DNA of 64,000 nucleotides from an uncultured delta proteobacterium (GCA_963775425.1 CAVZJB010000012.1:96001-160000); one strand, 5' to 3'; counted from the stretch's first letter, positions 50,184-61,989 are shown. Translations and numbers: made by a program. The notes: generated by a model not told the origin, from the sequence alone.

Positions 50184-51298
50184 CCGAGCTCCGCGGCCTC
50201 GACGGCGTAGATCTCGGGCAGGTGGCGCGCGATGCAGCTCCAGCGCGCGCCCTCGCTCTTGCCCATCCAGACCTCGCCGCTGGTGGTGCCGAAGTAGAGC
50301 GCGACCGGCTCGTGTGCGTCGGCGGTCATCGCCTGGCGCTTCACGGTCCACCACGCCTGCTTGGCGGGCATGCCCTTGTCGAGGCGGCGCCAGCTCTTGC
50401 CGCCGTCGCGGGTGCCGTATGCCGCCGGCGCTCCCCCAGGGCTCGTGCGCGGCCACACCGAGGTGCCGTCCATGGGGAACACCCAACAGACGTCGTCGTG
50501 GCGCGGGTGGACCACCATCGGGAAGCCGATGTCGCCGACCCGCTTGGGCATCTTCTTGCCGATGCGCGTCCACGTCGTCCCTGGCCGGTCGAGGCGATAG
50601 ATGCCGCAGTGGTTCTGCTGGTACAGGCGATCGGGGTTCGACGGACACAGCCGCACGCAGTGCGGATCGTGGAAGGTGATGGTCTTCGGGTCGAGCCCGT
50701 CGACGACGTCGAGCCCGTCCACGAGCGGCCGCCACGTCGCGCCCTGGTCGAGCGACTCGTGCACGCCGCCGCTCGACATGGCCATGTAGAGGTGGTTCTT
50801 GTCGCGGGGATCGACGATGAGCGAGTGCAGCTTGGGGCCGTCGGGCGTGCCGTCCTGCTGCGCGCCCATCCAGACGCGGTACTGCGGATCGTCGTTGACG
50901 CTGGAAAACGGCGACCACGTCACGCCGCCGTCCTCGGAGCGGAAGATGCCTTGCGGCGACGTGCCCGCGTACCACGTGCTCGGCTCGCTCGCGTGCGCCG
51001 GGGTGAGCCAGAAGGCGTGGTCGACGACGCGGCCGCCCTCCTCCTTCGTGAAGGCCGGCGGGCGCGCGGCCTCCTTCCATGTGCGGCCGAGGTTCTCGGA
51101 GCGGAAGATCGTGGGGCCGAGGTGGCCGGTCTTGGCGGCGACGAGGAGCGTCTTTTTGTCGCGCGGGTCGAGCACCGCGTGTTGCACGACGTGCCCGAGG
51201 AAGTGTGGGCCGCTCTCGCGCCACGTGCGCCGCGCGCCGTCGCCCCGATAGATCCACAGTCCCTTCCGCGTGGCCACGAGCAGCGCCGGCTTCTTCAT
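50180..51298 (-). CDS. BNR/Asp-box beta-propeller protein (sialidase-like), no signal peptide
   Basis: LLVATRKGL; Asp-boxes SEDGGVTW, SLDQGATW and TRDGGKSW; YQQNHCGIY. Confidence 0.85.
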   Translation of the reverse strand: MKKPALLVATRKGLWIYRGDGARRTWRESGPHFLGHVVQHAVLDPRDKKTLLVAAKTGHLGPTIFRSENLGRTWKEAARPPAFTKEEGGRVVDHAFWLTPAHASEPSTWYAGTSPQGIFRSEDGGVTWSPFSSVNDDPQYRVWMGAQQDGTPDGPKLHSLIVDPRDKNHLYMAMSSGGVHESLDQGATWRPLVDGLDVVDGLDPKTITFHDPHCVRLCPSNPDRLYQQNHCGIYRLDRPGTTWTRIGKKMPKRVGDIGFPMVVHPRHDDVCWVFPMDGTSVWPRTSPGGAPAAYGTRDGGKSWRRLDKGMPAKQAWWTVKRQAMTADAHEPVALYFGTTSGEVWMGKSEGARWSCIARHLPEIYAVEAAELG

Positions 51299-51332
51299 GC
51301 GCCGCCTTCTACCACTGTCCGCGCGGCCTGGG

Positions 51333-51388
51333 CATTCGCGGCGGGAGACAACGTCGTTGTCAACGTGAACGTCTTCCCGCCGCGAATG
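51333..51388. repeat. intergenic inverted repeat (14-bp perfect stem)
   Basis: CATTCGCGGCGGGA...TCCCGCCGCGAATG around a loop of GACAAC/GTCAAC/GTGAAC hexamers. Confidence 0.8.
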
Positions 51389-51402
51389 TCGTCACGCACG
51401 AC

Positions 51403-52179
51403 TCAGCGCTTCGTGTGGATGACGTCGAACACGCCGCCCTGCGGATCCGCGAGCACCGCGAAGCGCCCGACGTTGGGGACGTCCTGCGCCGGCATGCGCA
51501 CGGCGCCCCCGAGCGCGGTGCACTTCTTCACCGTGGCGTCGACGTCGGCGACGGCGAAGTACGGCGTCCAGTTGTTGGGCACGCCCTTGAGCTCCTTGGG
51601 CATGGGCATGATGCCGCCGACGTGCTTGTCGCCGACGACGATCTCGTCGTACTGCATGCCGCCGGTGTCTTCCTCGAGCTTCCAGCCGAAGACCTCGCCG
51701 AAGAACGCCTTGGCCTTGGGCACGTCGGTGGTCATCATCTCGAACCAGCACAGCGCGTTGTCCTCGCCGTACAGGCCGGCGCCCTTGTGGTTCTTCGGCT
51801 GCCAGCAGCCGAGGGCGGCGCCGGTGGGATCGGAGAAGACGAACATGCGCCCCTCCTCCATCACGTCCATCGGCGGCATCATGATCTTGCCGCCGGCCTT
51901 CTCCACCTTCTTCGCCATGGCGTCGACGTCGTCGACGTTCACGTAGCTCGTCCAGAACGCCGGCGCGCCGCTCTTCTTCACGTCGGGCTGCATCTCGCCC
52001 GCGCCGCAGAGGCTCTTGCCGCTGTGGAAGAACATCGTGTAGCTGCCGCCCTGCGGGATGGGCGTGTCCTTGAGGTCCCAGCCGAACAGGCCCGAGTAGA
52101 ACTTCTTGGCGCCGTTGATGTCGGTGGTCTGCAGGTCGGCCCACGAGAAGGCGCCCTGCGCGTAGCTCTTCATTTCCAT
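51403..52179 (-). CDS. tandem VOC/glyoxalase-domain protein
   Basis: Two repeats of W.(D/E)..T.D...AK.F...FGW...W..Y..V.DVD...GG.....P.DV...GR.....DP.G. Confidence 0.9.
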   Translation of the reverse strand: MEMKSYAQGAFSWADLQTTDINGAKKFYSGLFGWDLKDTPIPQGGSYTMFFHSGKSLCGAGEMQPDVKKSGAPAFWTSYVNVDDVDAMAKKVEKAGGKIMMPPMDVMEEGRMFVFSDPTGAALGCWQPKNHKGAGLYGEDNALCWFEMMTTDVPKAKAFFGEVFGWKLEEDTGGMQYDEIVVGDKHVGGIMPMPKELKGVPNNWTPYFAVADVDATVKKCTALGGAVRMPAQDVPNVGRFAVLADPQGGVFDVIHTKR

Positions 52180-52416
52180 GTGATCCTCCGTTGCCCCTCC
52201 CGTAGCGCGGTTGTCGCGCGCGCGTCGAGAGAGATCGACGTCGTCACCGGCTCACGAACGGACGACTCGCGCTGCTGCGTGAGGATCACGCCTGGAGGGC
52301 GCAGCGCGAATCGATTGTTCATGCGCGCCGCCACCCCACGATTCACCGGGAGGAGACCGACTACGTCGGTCGTGCCGCGCGTGGTCGGCGCGGCCGCTCC
52401 CTCCGATCGCCGATCC

Positions 52417-52833
52417 ATGATAACGAGCGCCGTGCGCGCGCTGCGTCACGTCGTCGTCGTCGCATTTGTCGGCCTGCTCGCGTTCGGTGGCGCGCGCGGC
52501 GCGGTGCTCGGCGATCTGCGCTTCTCCTGGGGCATGTTCGCGTACGAGGTGACGAGCCACGTGGCGTACGCGTTCGTCCTCGACGACGGCACGGAGGTCC
52601 CCTACCGGCCCGGCGGCGAGCTGCGCTCCCGCGGCAAGCGCATCGCCCCCGGCACGCGCACCAGCGGCTACGGCATCGGCGCGCTGCGCTCCTGGATCCG
52701 CGCGTACCTCGAGTGGCTCTGGCGGCACCGCCGTCCGCCGGACGCGCGCGCGGTGAAGTGCACGCTCACGTGGACGCGCGAGCGCGATCCCCGCGTCGTC
52801 GAGGTCCTCGCCTATCCGCCGGAGGCTCGATGA
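52417..52833 (+). CDS. hypothetical membrane-anchored partner of the HTTM protein
   Basis: N-terminal TM helix, then RFSWGMFAY; ATGA-coupled to the HTTM gene. Start uncertain. Confidence 0.62.
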   Translation: MITSAVRALRHVVVVAFVGLLAFGGARGAVLGDLRFSWGMFAYEVTSHVAYAFVLDDGTEVPYRPGGELRSRGKRIAPGTRTSGYGIGALRSWIRAYLEWLWRHRRPPDARAVKCTLTWTRERDPRVVEVLAYPPEAR

Positions 52834-53795
52834 GCGCGGCGCTCGCGGCGTGGGAGCGCTTCTGGTTCGCGCCCGCGAGCGGCGCGCGCATGGCCCGCGT
52901 GCGCATGCTCCTGGGCGCGGCGCTCGTCATCAAGCTCACCTCGACGTACGGGCTCGTGCCGCGGCTGTTCTACGGCCACTACCGGCCGGGCTTTCCGGCG
53001 CACGAGTACACGGCCTACCAATGGCGCGGCTTCCGCGTGCCCTTCGTCGACGCCTTCGCCATCCACTCGCTCCACACCTACCGCGCCGTCGAGGACGCCG
53101 CGCTCGTCGCGGCGCTCTTGTTCCTCGCAGGCGCCGGCGGGCGCGTCACCGGCGCCGCCGTCGCCGTGCTGTACGCGCTGCTGTTCAACACGAGCGTCCT
53201 CGCGTTCAGCCACAACGAGCTGTTGCTGTTGTTGGCGCTCACCATCGTGGGCCTGTCGCCGTCCACGGATCGCTGGTCGGTGGACGCGTTGGTGCGCCGC
53301 CGCTTGTCGCGGCCGGCGCGCGGCGTCCGCACCATGATGCCCGCGCGCATGCTGCAGGTGCTCGTGTCCACCGTGTATTCGTTCACCGTCATCGCCAAGC
53401 TCAACAAGGGCTGGCTCACGGGCATCGCGCTGCACGACGCGCTCTTGAAACACGTCCCCCACTTCCGCGCGCTGCGCTCCCTCGCCTTCACGCTGCCGGA
53501 CTCCGACTGGGTGTACGTGCCGCCGATGTGGGCGGTGCTCGTCGTGGAGACGTTCCTGGCGTTCGGCTTCTGGTTCCCGCGTACGCGCAAGCTGGCGCTC
53601 GTGGTGGGGCTGCTGTTCCACCTGGGCATCGAGCTCACGATGGACGTCGGCGCCTACAGCTTCGCGTTCTGCGCGTTGTACGCGGCGTTCTTCGCGCCTG
53701 GCGCGCCGCGGACCGGCACGCCCGAGGCCGGGGGCGCTCGGCCTCCCTCGACGCACGCGGAGTTGTCAGGCCCCGCCGTCGACGTGCCGGACTAG
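52830..53795 (+). CDS. HTTM-domain membrane protein (vitamin-K-dependent carboxylase / SdpB-like)
   Basis: WERFWFAP, FSHNELL, WSVDA, QVLVSTVY...IAKLNKGWLTG and GLLFHLGI motifs. Confidence 0.82.
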   Translation: MSAALAAWERFWFAPASGARMARVRMLLGAALVIKLTSTYGLVPRLFYGHYRPGFPAHEYTAYQWRGFRVPFVDAFAIHSLHTYRAVEDAALVAALLFLAGAGGRVTGAAVAVLYALLFNTSVLAFSHNELLLLLALTIVGLSPSTDRWSVDALVRRRLSRPARGVRTMMPARMLQVLVSTVYSFTVIAKLNKGWLTGIALHDALLKHVPHFRALRSLAFTLPDSDWVYVPPMWAVLVVETFLAFGFWFPRTRKLALVVGLLFHLGIELTMDVGAYSFAFCALYAAFFAPGAPRTGTPEAGGARPPSTHAELSGPAVDVPD

Positions 53796-53803
53796 GCTGC
53801 GCC

Positions 53804-55021
53804 ATGCGCATGCGCGCGCATATGCTCCTCCTCGTCACCGGCTGCGTCGGCGGCCCGCTCGCGTGCGTCGCGCGGCCGTCCATCGAGCCGTCGCCGGGCT
53901 TGTCGCCGCCGGACTGCGAGACGCCGAGCGTCGTCGACGGAAAGGACGTGACGCCGCTCGGGCCCGGCGACACCGTCGAGGGCGACGTCGGCGACGGCGA
54001 CACCTACGCCTTCTGTATGGCGGCCGGCGACTGGCTGCGCTTCACGTTCGAGGAGCCGCAGACGGTGCAGCAGCCGGTGCTGAGCGTGAGCCGCGGGAGC
54101 GCCGAGATCGCCGAGAACCGCTTCTACGTGTTCGAGGCCGACCCCGCCGCGCAGCTCTACGCGCCCGCCGACGCGGTGTTCACCCTGCGCCTGTCGCCGC
54201 TGTCGCCGGACTTCCCGGGCGGCTACGCGCTGACGCTCTCCCGCCCGGGCGACGACGTCGCCGTGGACCCGCGCGCGGTGTCGTTCGGCCAGCAGGTGTA
54301 CGGGACGCTCGACAACGTCGGCGACGTCGACGAGATCGCGCTGCCGGCGGTGGACGCCCCCGGCGTCGTCGCGGTGTCGGCGGCCATCGCCGGCTTCTTC
54401 GGAAACGGCGCCTCGTTCTCACCGGTGGTCGAGGTCGTCGACGACGCGGGCCTGGTGCAGGCGCACCTCGACTTCTCGAACACCCGGCGGCTGGAGGTGC
54501 CCGTGGACGCCGGCGCGTACACGCTGCGCGTCGCCGGCGGCGGCGGCGAGCGGCCGTTCTACGCGCTCGAGGAGGTGTCGCTGTCGTCGTCGCCGGTCGT
54601 CGAAGAGGACGACGCGCACAACGGCACGCTCGCCGGCGCGCAGGCGCTCTCCCTCGAGCAGACGGCGCCGGGCCGGCGCGAACGCACGGTGGTGGTGCAG
54701 CTCGCGCTCGGCGACGTCGACGTCTTCTCCTTCCTCGCCGTCGCCGGCGAGACGGCTTCGTTTTCGTGTCGGGCTGCGTCGGCGGGCTCCGGCGCGCGCG
54801 ACCTGCAGGTGGAGCTCTTCGACGCGACGGGCTCGCTCCTGCAGCTCGCGCAGGAGGAGCTCCGCGACCACGACTTCGTCGGCGGCACGCGCACGTTCCT
54901 CGAGGCCGCCGACGCCGCTCACCCCGCGCCCGGCGGGCTCGTGTACGGCAGCGTGCAGGCGGGTGCGTTCGACCATGACGTCGCCGGCCGCTACGCCATC
55001 TGCACGGCCTCCGCCGGCTGA
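53804..55021 (+). CDS. probable lipoprotein with PPC-like beta-sandwich repeats
   Basis: N-terminal PLAC; GDVDEIAL, EEDDAHNGT..AQ and GDVDVFSF motifs. Confidence 0.62.
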   Translation: MRMRAHMLLLVTGCVGGPLACVARPSIEPSPGLSPPDCETPSVVDGKDVTPLGPGDTVEGDVGDGDTYAFCMAAGDWLRFTFEEPQTVQQPVLSVSRGSAEIAENRFYVFEADPAAQLYAPADAVFTLRLSPLSPDFPGGYALTLSRPGDDVAVDPRAVSFGQQVYGTLDNVGDVDEIALPAVDAPGVVAVSAAIAGFFGNGASFSPVVEVVDDAGLVQAHLDFSNTRRLEVPVDAGAYTLRVAGGGGERPFYALEEVSLSSSPVVEEDDAHNGTLAGAQALSLEQTAPGRRERTVVVQLALGDVDVFSFLAVAGETASFSCRAASAGSGARDLQVELFDATGSLLQLAQEELRDHDFVGGTRTFLEAADAAHPAPGGLVYGSVQAGAFDHDVAGRYAICTASAG

Positions 55022-55506
55022 GCCGTCGTGGGACGAAAGCGGCGCCGATTGGACGAGCTTCCCCGGCACGCCCTCCGACGCCGCGGCGCCGTGGGGCTTC
55101 GCCGGCGACGACGTGTGGGCCGGCGCGGGCAGAGCCTCGCGCGCTTCCTCACGCTCGACAGCCCCGTCGCGATGCAGCACGTGAGCGGGCGCGTGCTCGC
55201 CGTCGACGAGACGGGTGGGGTGTGGGAGCGCACGGCGGCCGGCTGGGCCGTCGTCGCGGAGCCGCAGACGCCCGCGGACCCCTTCTTCGAGGCGACGGTC
55301 ACCTCCGCCGCCTTCGTCGACGACCACACCGGCGTGCTCGTCGCGCCGTTCGTGGTCTGGCGCGCTTCGACGGGACGAGCCTCGTGCCCGATGACAGCTT
55401 CGGCGCCGGCGGCGCCGGCGCGCCGTTCTCCGTGGTCGGCTCCACGCCGTCGGGCCACGTCTTTGGCGTCGGCTCCGGTCCCAACGTCTTGCATCGCTCG
55501 CCCTGA
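55022..55506 (+). pseudogene. decayed beta-propeller gene fragment
   Basis: WGFAGDDVWAGAG and LAVDETGGVWERTAAGW lie in different frames; no intact ORF. Confidence 0.4.
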
Positions 55507-55523
55507 CTCGGCATGACCGGCGC

Positions 55524-56198
55524 ATGCAGGTCCTGAAGAGCACCAAGGCGATCATCGCGGGCATGTTGACCACGCTGAAGCACACGGTCCGCCCGTCGGA
55601 GACGGTGCTGTATCCCGAGGTGAAGCGGCCGGTGGCCCCGCGCTTCAAGGGCCGTCACCGGCTGCACAAGGTCGTCGACGAAAAGACCGGCAAGGAGCTC
55701 GAGCGCTGCATCGGCTGCCACCTGTGCGCCGCGGCCTGCCCGTCGAACGCCATCTACGTCGAGGCCGCCGACAACGACCCGAAGAACCCGGCCTCGCCGG
55801 GCGAGCGCTACGCGGTGCACTACGAGATCAACATGCTCCGGTGCATCTTTTGCGGCTACTGCGAGGAGGCTTGCCCGGTCGACGCCATCAAGCTCGGGCC
55901 CGAGTACGAGCTCGCCGACGCGGACCGCCACGCCCTCGTGTACACCAAGGAGATGCTGCTCTCTCCGGACAAGTACGCGCCCAAGCCCCAGTTTCACGGC
56001 GACGTCGACAAGGGCGACAAGTGGCCGAGCGTCATCAAGCTCGACAGCGACAAGGACCTCGACACCGTCTACAAGACGCACAACCCGCTCGGCGTCACCA
56101 AGAGCCAGACGCACGACCACAGCGAGCCGCGCGCGCCCCGCGAGGAGAGCGTCGAGCTGAACGAGGAAAACCGCGCCCGCCTCGGCATCCACGACTGA
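55524..56198 (+). CDS. nuoI: NADH-quinone oxidoreductase subunit I
   Basis: YPE...RFKGRH, RCIGCHLCAAACP and RCIFCGYCEEACPVDAI motifs. Confidence 0.95.
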   Translation: MQVLKSTKAIIAGMLTTLKHTVRPSETVLYPEVKRPVAPRFKGRHRLHKVVDEKTGKELERCIGCHLCAAACPSNAIYVEAADNDPKNPASPGERYAVHYEINMLRCIFCGYCEEACPVDAIKLGPEYELADADRHALVYTKEMLLSPDKYAPKPQFHGDVDKGDKWPSVIKLDSDKDLDTVYKTHNPLGVTKSQTHDHSEPRAPREESVELNEENRARLGIHD

Positions 56199-56234
56199 AG
56201 ACGCGGACGAAGATCGTGGCCGGCCTTCCGTGCG

Positions 56235-58381
<2,147 letters not shown>

Positions 58382-58500
58382 CGCGCGTGAGCATACCCCG
58401 GGTCCGACGTTCGCACCCCCGACGGGGCCCGCCCGCGTCACGCGTCTCGCACGCGCCCGCTCCACCGCGGACAACGGCGCCGCTGTAGAGTGCGCGTCCG

Positions 58501-60027
58501 ATGGAATTCCTCCGGATCTCATGGAACGAAGCGCAGGAAGCGCTGACGCCCTGGACCTTCGCGCTCCTCGTCGTGGTCGCGCTGCTCTCTCGCGCTTCGC
58601 CCGCGGCGCGCCACCAGCGGCTGCCGGGCACATACGCCCTGTTCGGGCTGCACGTCCTGCTCGTCGCGGTCACGGCCGGCCTCGACGTGGCCCACAACGT
58701 CGGCGCCGACGACGCCCGCATCGCCGCGCGCGTGCTCGGCGCCATGGCCCTCGTCGGCGCCGGCGGCGCCTTCGTCTTCGGCGCGCTGATGCCGCGTACG
58801 CGGCTCCAGGTCTCTCGCATCATCCAGGACCTGCTGGTGGCGGCGCTCACCATCGTCGTCGTGCTCGCCGTCCTGGCGAGGATGGGCGTGTCGATCTCGG
58901 GGCTCGTCGCCACCTCCGCCGTCGTCACGGCGGTCATCGGCTTCTCGCTGCAGGACACGCTCGGCAACACGATGGGCGGCATCGCCCTTCAGGCCGACGG
59001 CAGCATCAAGGTCGGCGACTGGATCCTGGTCGGCGATCACGTCGGCAAGGTCTCGGAGATCCGTTGGCGCTACACCGCCATCGAGACCCGCAACTGGGAG
59101 ACGGTGCTCCTGCCCAACAGCGTGCTGATGAAGGGGCCCGTCAAGGTGCTCGGCCGGCGCAACGGTCAGCCCGAGCAGCTCCGCCGCTGGGTCTGGTTCA
59201 ACGTCGACTTCCGCACGCATCCCTCCGAGGTCATCGAGGCGGTGCAGAAGGCGTTGAACGAATATCCCATCGAGCGCGTGGCGCACGATCCCGCGCCCAA
59301 CGTGGTGCTCATGGACCTGCACGACAGCTACGGGCGCTACGCCGCGCGCTACTGGCTCACGGACCTCGCCGTCGACGACCCCACCGACAGCGTGGTGAGG
59401 GCGCGGATCATGTTCGCCCTCGAGCGCGTGGGCATCCCGCTGTCCATCCCCGCGCAGGCCGTGTTCGTCACCGAGGAGAACCGGAAGCGCAAGGAGCATA
59501 AGAGCCAACGCGACCTGCAAAAGCGCCTCGACGCGCTGCACGCGGTGGATCTGTTCGCGCCGCTCGACGACGACGACCTCCTGAGGCTCGCACAGTCGCT
59601 CCACGCCGCGCCCTTCGCGCGGGGCGAGCTCATCACGCGGCAAGGGGCCGAGGCCCACTGGCTCTACCTCGTGAACGAGGGCGACGTCGTCGTGCGCGCC
59701 GCCAAGGACGGCGTCACGCGCGAGGTCGCGCGCCTGGGTGCCGGCAGCTTCTTCGGCGAGATGTCGCTGATGACGGGCGAGCCCCGCAGCGCCACCGTCT
59801 TCGCCGTCACCGACGTCGACTGCTGGCGCCTCGACAAGTCGGCCTTCCAGGAGCTCGTGAGCCGCCGGCCCGACGTGGCCAAGCCCATCGCCGAGCTCCT
59901 CGCGGAGCGCCGCGCCCGCCGCCGCGCCATCGACGAGAGCCTGAGCGCGGAGGCCCGCGCCAAGGCCAAGCTCGACGACGAAAACAATCTGCTCCGCCGC
60001 ATGAAGGCCTTCTTCGGCCTGGACTGA
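58501..60027 (+). CDS. MscS-family mechanosensitive channel with C-terminal cyclic-nucleotide-binding domain
   Basis: IGFSLQDTLGN..GG, KVGDWI, LPNS, then FFGEMSLMTGEPRSATV. Confidence 0.93.
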   Translation: MEFLRISWNEAQEALTPWTFALLVVVALLSRASPAARHQRLPGTYALFGLHVLLVAVTAGLDVAHNVGADDARIAARVLGAMALVGAGGAFVFGALMPRTRLQVSRIIQDLLVAALTIVVVLAVLARMGVSISGLVATSAVVTAVIGFSLQDTLGNTMGGIALQADGSIKVGDWILVGDHVGKVSEIRWRYTAIETRNWETVLLPNSVLMKGPVKVLGRRNGQPEQLRRWVWFNVDFRTHPSEVIEAVQKALNEYPIERVAHDPAPNVVLMDLHDSYGRYAARYWLTDLAVDDPTDSVVRARIMFALERVGIPLSIPAQAVFVTEENRKRKEHKSQRDLQKRLDALHAVDLFAPLDDDDLLRLAQSLHAAPFARGELITRQGAEAHWLYLVNEGDVVVRAAKDGVTREVARLGAGSFFGEMSLMTGEPRSATVFAVTDVDCWRLDKSAFQELVSRRPDVAKPIAELLAERRARRRAIDESLSAEARAKAKLDDENNLLRRMKAFFGLD

Positions 60028-60039
60028 GCCCCGATCGCC

Positions 60040-61077
60040 TCAGCGGGCGGCTCTCTTGTTCGCCTTCAGCTCGTCGATGTGCTTCTTCACGCGCGCGTCG
60101 TGCGGGCGGAGGCGCTTGACCTGCTCGTAGCGCTTGATGGCCTCCTTGAAGTCGCCGGCGCGCTCGGCGATGTCGCCGAGGAGCGCGAGGGCCTGCACGT
60201 TCTTCGGGTCGACGTGCACCGTGTCCTCGAGGAGCTTCTTCGCCTTGTTGTCGTCGCTGCCGAGCTTGCCGAGCGACACGCCGAGGCCGGCCTTGGCGCG
60301 GGCGTCGTCGGGCTCCACCTGGAGCACGCGCAGGAAGCGCTTCACGGCGCTCTTGTCGTCGCCCGCGGCGCTCTCGATGAGGCCGAGCTGCACGAGGGTC
60401 GGCACGTGGGTGTCGTCGAGCTCGAGCGCGCGGTGCAGGGCGTCCTTGGCGCCCTTGGTGTCGCCGAGGCCGGCGTCGGCGCTGCCGAGGTTGTAGTAGG
60501 CGTCCGGCGACTGCGGCGCGAGCGACACCGCCTGCGCCGCCTGCTCCTTGGCGTCCTTGAAGTGGCCGGTGACGGTGAGCGCGTACGCCGCGTCCATGCG
60601 AACGTCTGCGTCGGCGGGGGCGAGCTTGGCGGCCTCGACGAGCGCCTTGGCGGCGTCGTCGTTCTTGCCGGCCTCGAGGAGGGCCATGCCGAGCTCGTGG
60701 TGGAGCGCCGGCGACCTGGGCAGCGCCTTCACGCCCCTCTCGTACGCCGCGAGCGCCTGCGGGAACTGCTCGGCGCTGTCGAGGGCGACGCCGAGGAGCT
60801 CCCAGCCCTTCTCGCTCTTCGGGTTGAGCTTGGTGGCGTTTTCGAGGTGGGGCACCGCGTCCTTGGGCTTCTTCATCTGCAGGAGCGCGAGCCCGTACGC
60901 CGCCTCCGCGCGCGCCTTCTGCGCGTCGGTGATGTCGGTGGCGGCGAGCGCCCGCTGCAGCGGCGACACGGCGCGCTTGGCGTCGCCGCGCTGGACCAAT
61001 CCCTCGCCGAGCTTGACGAGGTCCTCGGTGGCGGGAGGCGCGAGGGCGATGGAGAGGGCGAGGAGGAGGGCGCGCAT
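60040..61077 (-). CDS. secreted TPR-repeat protein
   Basis: Signal peptide followed by about 34-aa repeats such as PQSPDAYYNLGSA and PRSPALHHELGMA. Confidence 0.85.
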   Translation of the reverse strand: MRALLLALSIALAPPATEDLVKLGEGLVQRGDAKRAVSPLQRALAATDITDAQKARAEAAYGLALLQMKKPKDAVPHLENATKLNPKSEKGWELLGVALDSAEQFPQALAAYERGVKALPRSPALHHELGMALLEAGKNDDAAKALVEAAKLAPADADVRMDAAYALTVTGHFKDAKEQAAQAVSLAPQSPDAYYNLGSADAGLGDTKGAKDALHRALELDDTHVPTLVQLGLIESAAGDDKSAVKRFLRVLQVEPDDARAKAGLGVSLGKLGSDDNKAKKLLEDTVHVDPKNVQALALLGDIAERAGDFKEAIKRYEQVKRLRPHDARVKKHIDELKANKRAAR

Positions 61078-61161
61078 AGCGGCGTGTCTACCATCGACGA
61101 CGTCCGCCGCCCATGCATTCACCTGCCGTGAATACGCGGCGCGCGCTACCGTCGGTGGGAC

Positions 61162-61989
61162 ATGCGCTCCCCGTTCTCCCCCGCAGCACCGCTCCTGTTC
61201 ACCGTCGTCGCGGGCCTCGCGGTCCTGCCATGGGCCGGCTCGGCGCGCGCGCAGCCGGGCCGCGCCGACGACTGCGCGGTCGCGCAGCGCGCGTCGGCGC
61301 TCGCCGGCAGGGAGGGCGCCGATCGCCGTCCCTTCGAAGCGCTCGCCGCGCTTGTGTGCGCGCCCGCCTCGCCGTCGCGGCCGCGCGAAGAGCGCGCCGA
61401 CGACCGGCGCTGGTTCCTCGGGAAGGGCGCCACGCGCATCGTGGGCGTGCCCCAGGGGACGCGGCTGCTCGACGGACGCGGGAGCGCCGTCCGCCGCATC
61501 GAGAACCTCCCGGACTCGCTCGAGGTGCTGCTCCTCGGTGGCACCGCCATCGAGCGCCTGGAGAACCTGCCGAGGAACCTGCGCGTGGTCGACGTGTCCG
61601 GGACGGCCGTGAAGCGCATCGAGAACCTGCCGTCGGGGGTGCGGGTGCTCGGCCTGCGCGGCACGCAGGTGAAGCGCATCGAGAACCTCCCGCCCTCGGT
61701 GGAGCTGCTCGACGTGAGGGACACGCCTGTCGCGCGCATCGAGAACCTCACGTCGTCGGTGAAGGCGCTCCTCGCGTCCGGCTCGCAGGTGAAGCGCATC
61801 GAGAACATCACGAGCACGCTGCGCATCCTCGACGTGCAGCGCACGCCGGTGACCCACCTCGAGAACCTGCCGCTCGGCACCTGCGTCGTCACCGACCTGG
61901 CCTCGAACGGCGCCCGCGTCGCCCCAACCATCCGCGACTGCCCGGGAGGCCGCGCGCTCCTGCGCGACCTCGGCGCCCCGGACCGCTGA
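61162..61989 (+). CDS. secreted leucine-rich-repeat protein (21-aa RIENLP repeats)
   Basis: Signal peptide ending ARA; about 7 units of RIENLP.S...L.L.GT.V with 63-bp period. Confidence 0.85.
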   Translation: MRSPFSPAAPLLFTVVAGLAVLPWAGSARAQPGRADDCAVAQRASALAGREGADRRPFEALAALVCAPASPSRPREERADDRRWFLGKGATRIVGVPQGTRLLDGRGSAVRRIENLPDSLEVLLLGGTAIERLENLPRNLRVVDVSGTAVKRIENLPSGVRVLGLRGTQVKRIENLPPSVELLDVRDTPVARIENLTSSVKALLASGSQVKRIENITSTLRILDVQRTPVTHLENLPLGTCVVTDLASNGARVAPTIRDCPGGRALLRDLGAPDR

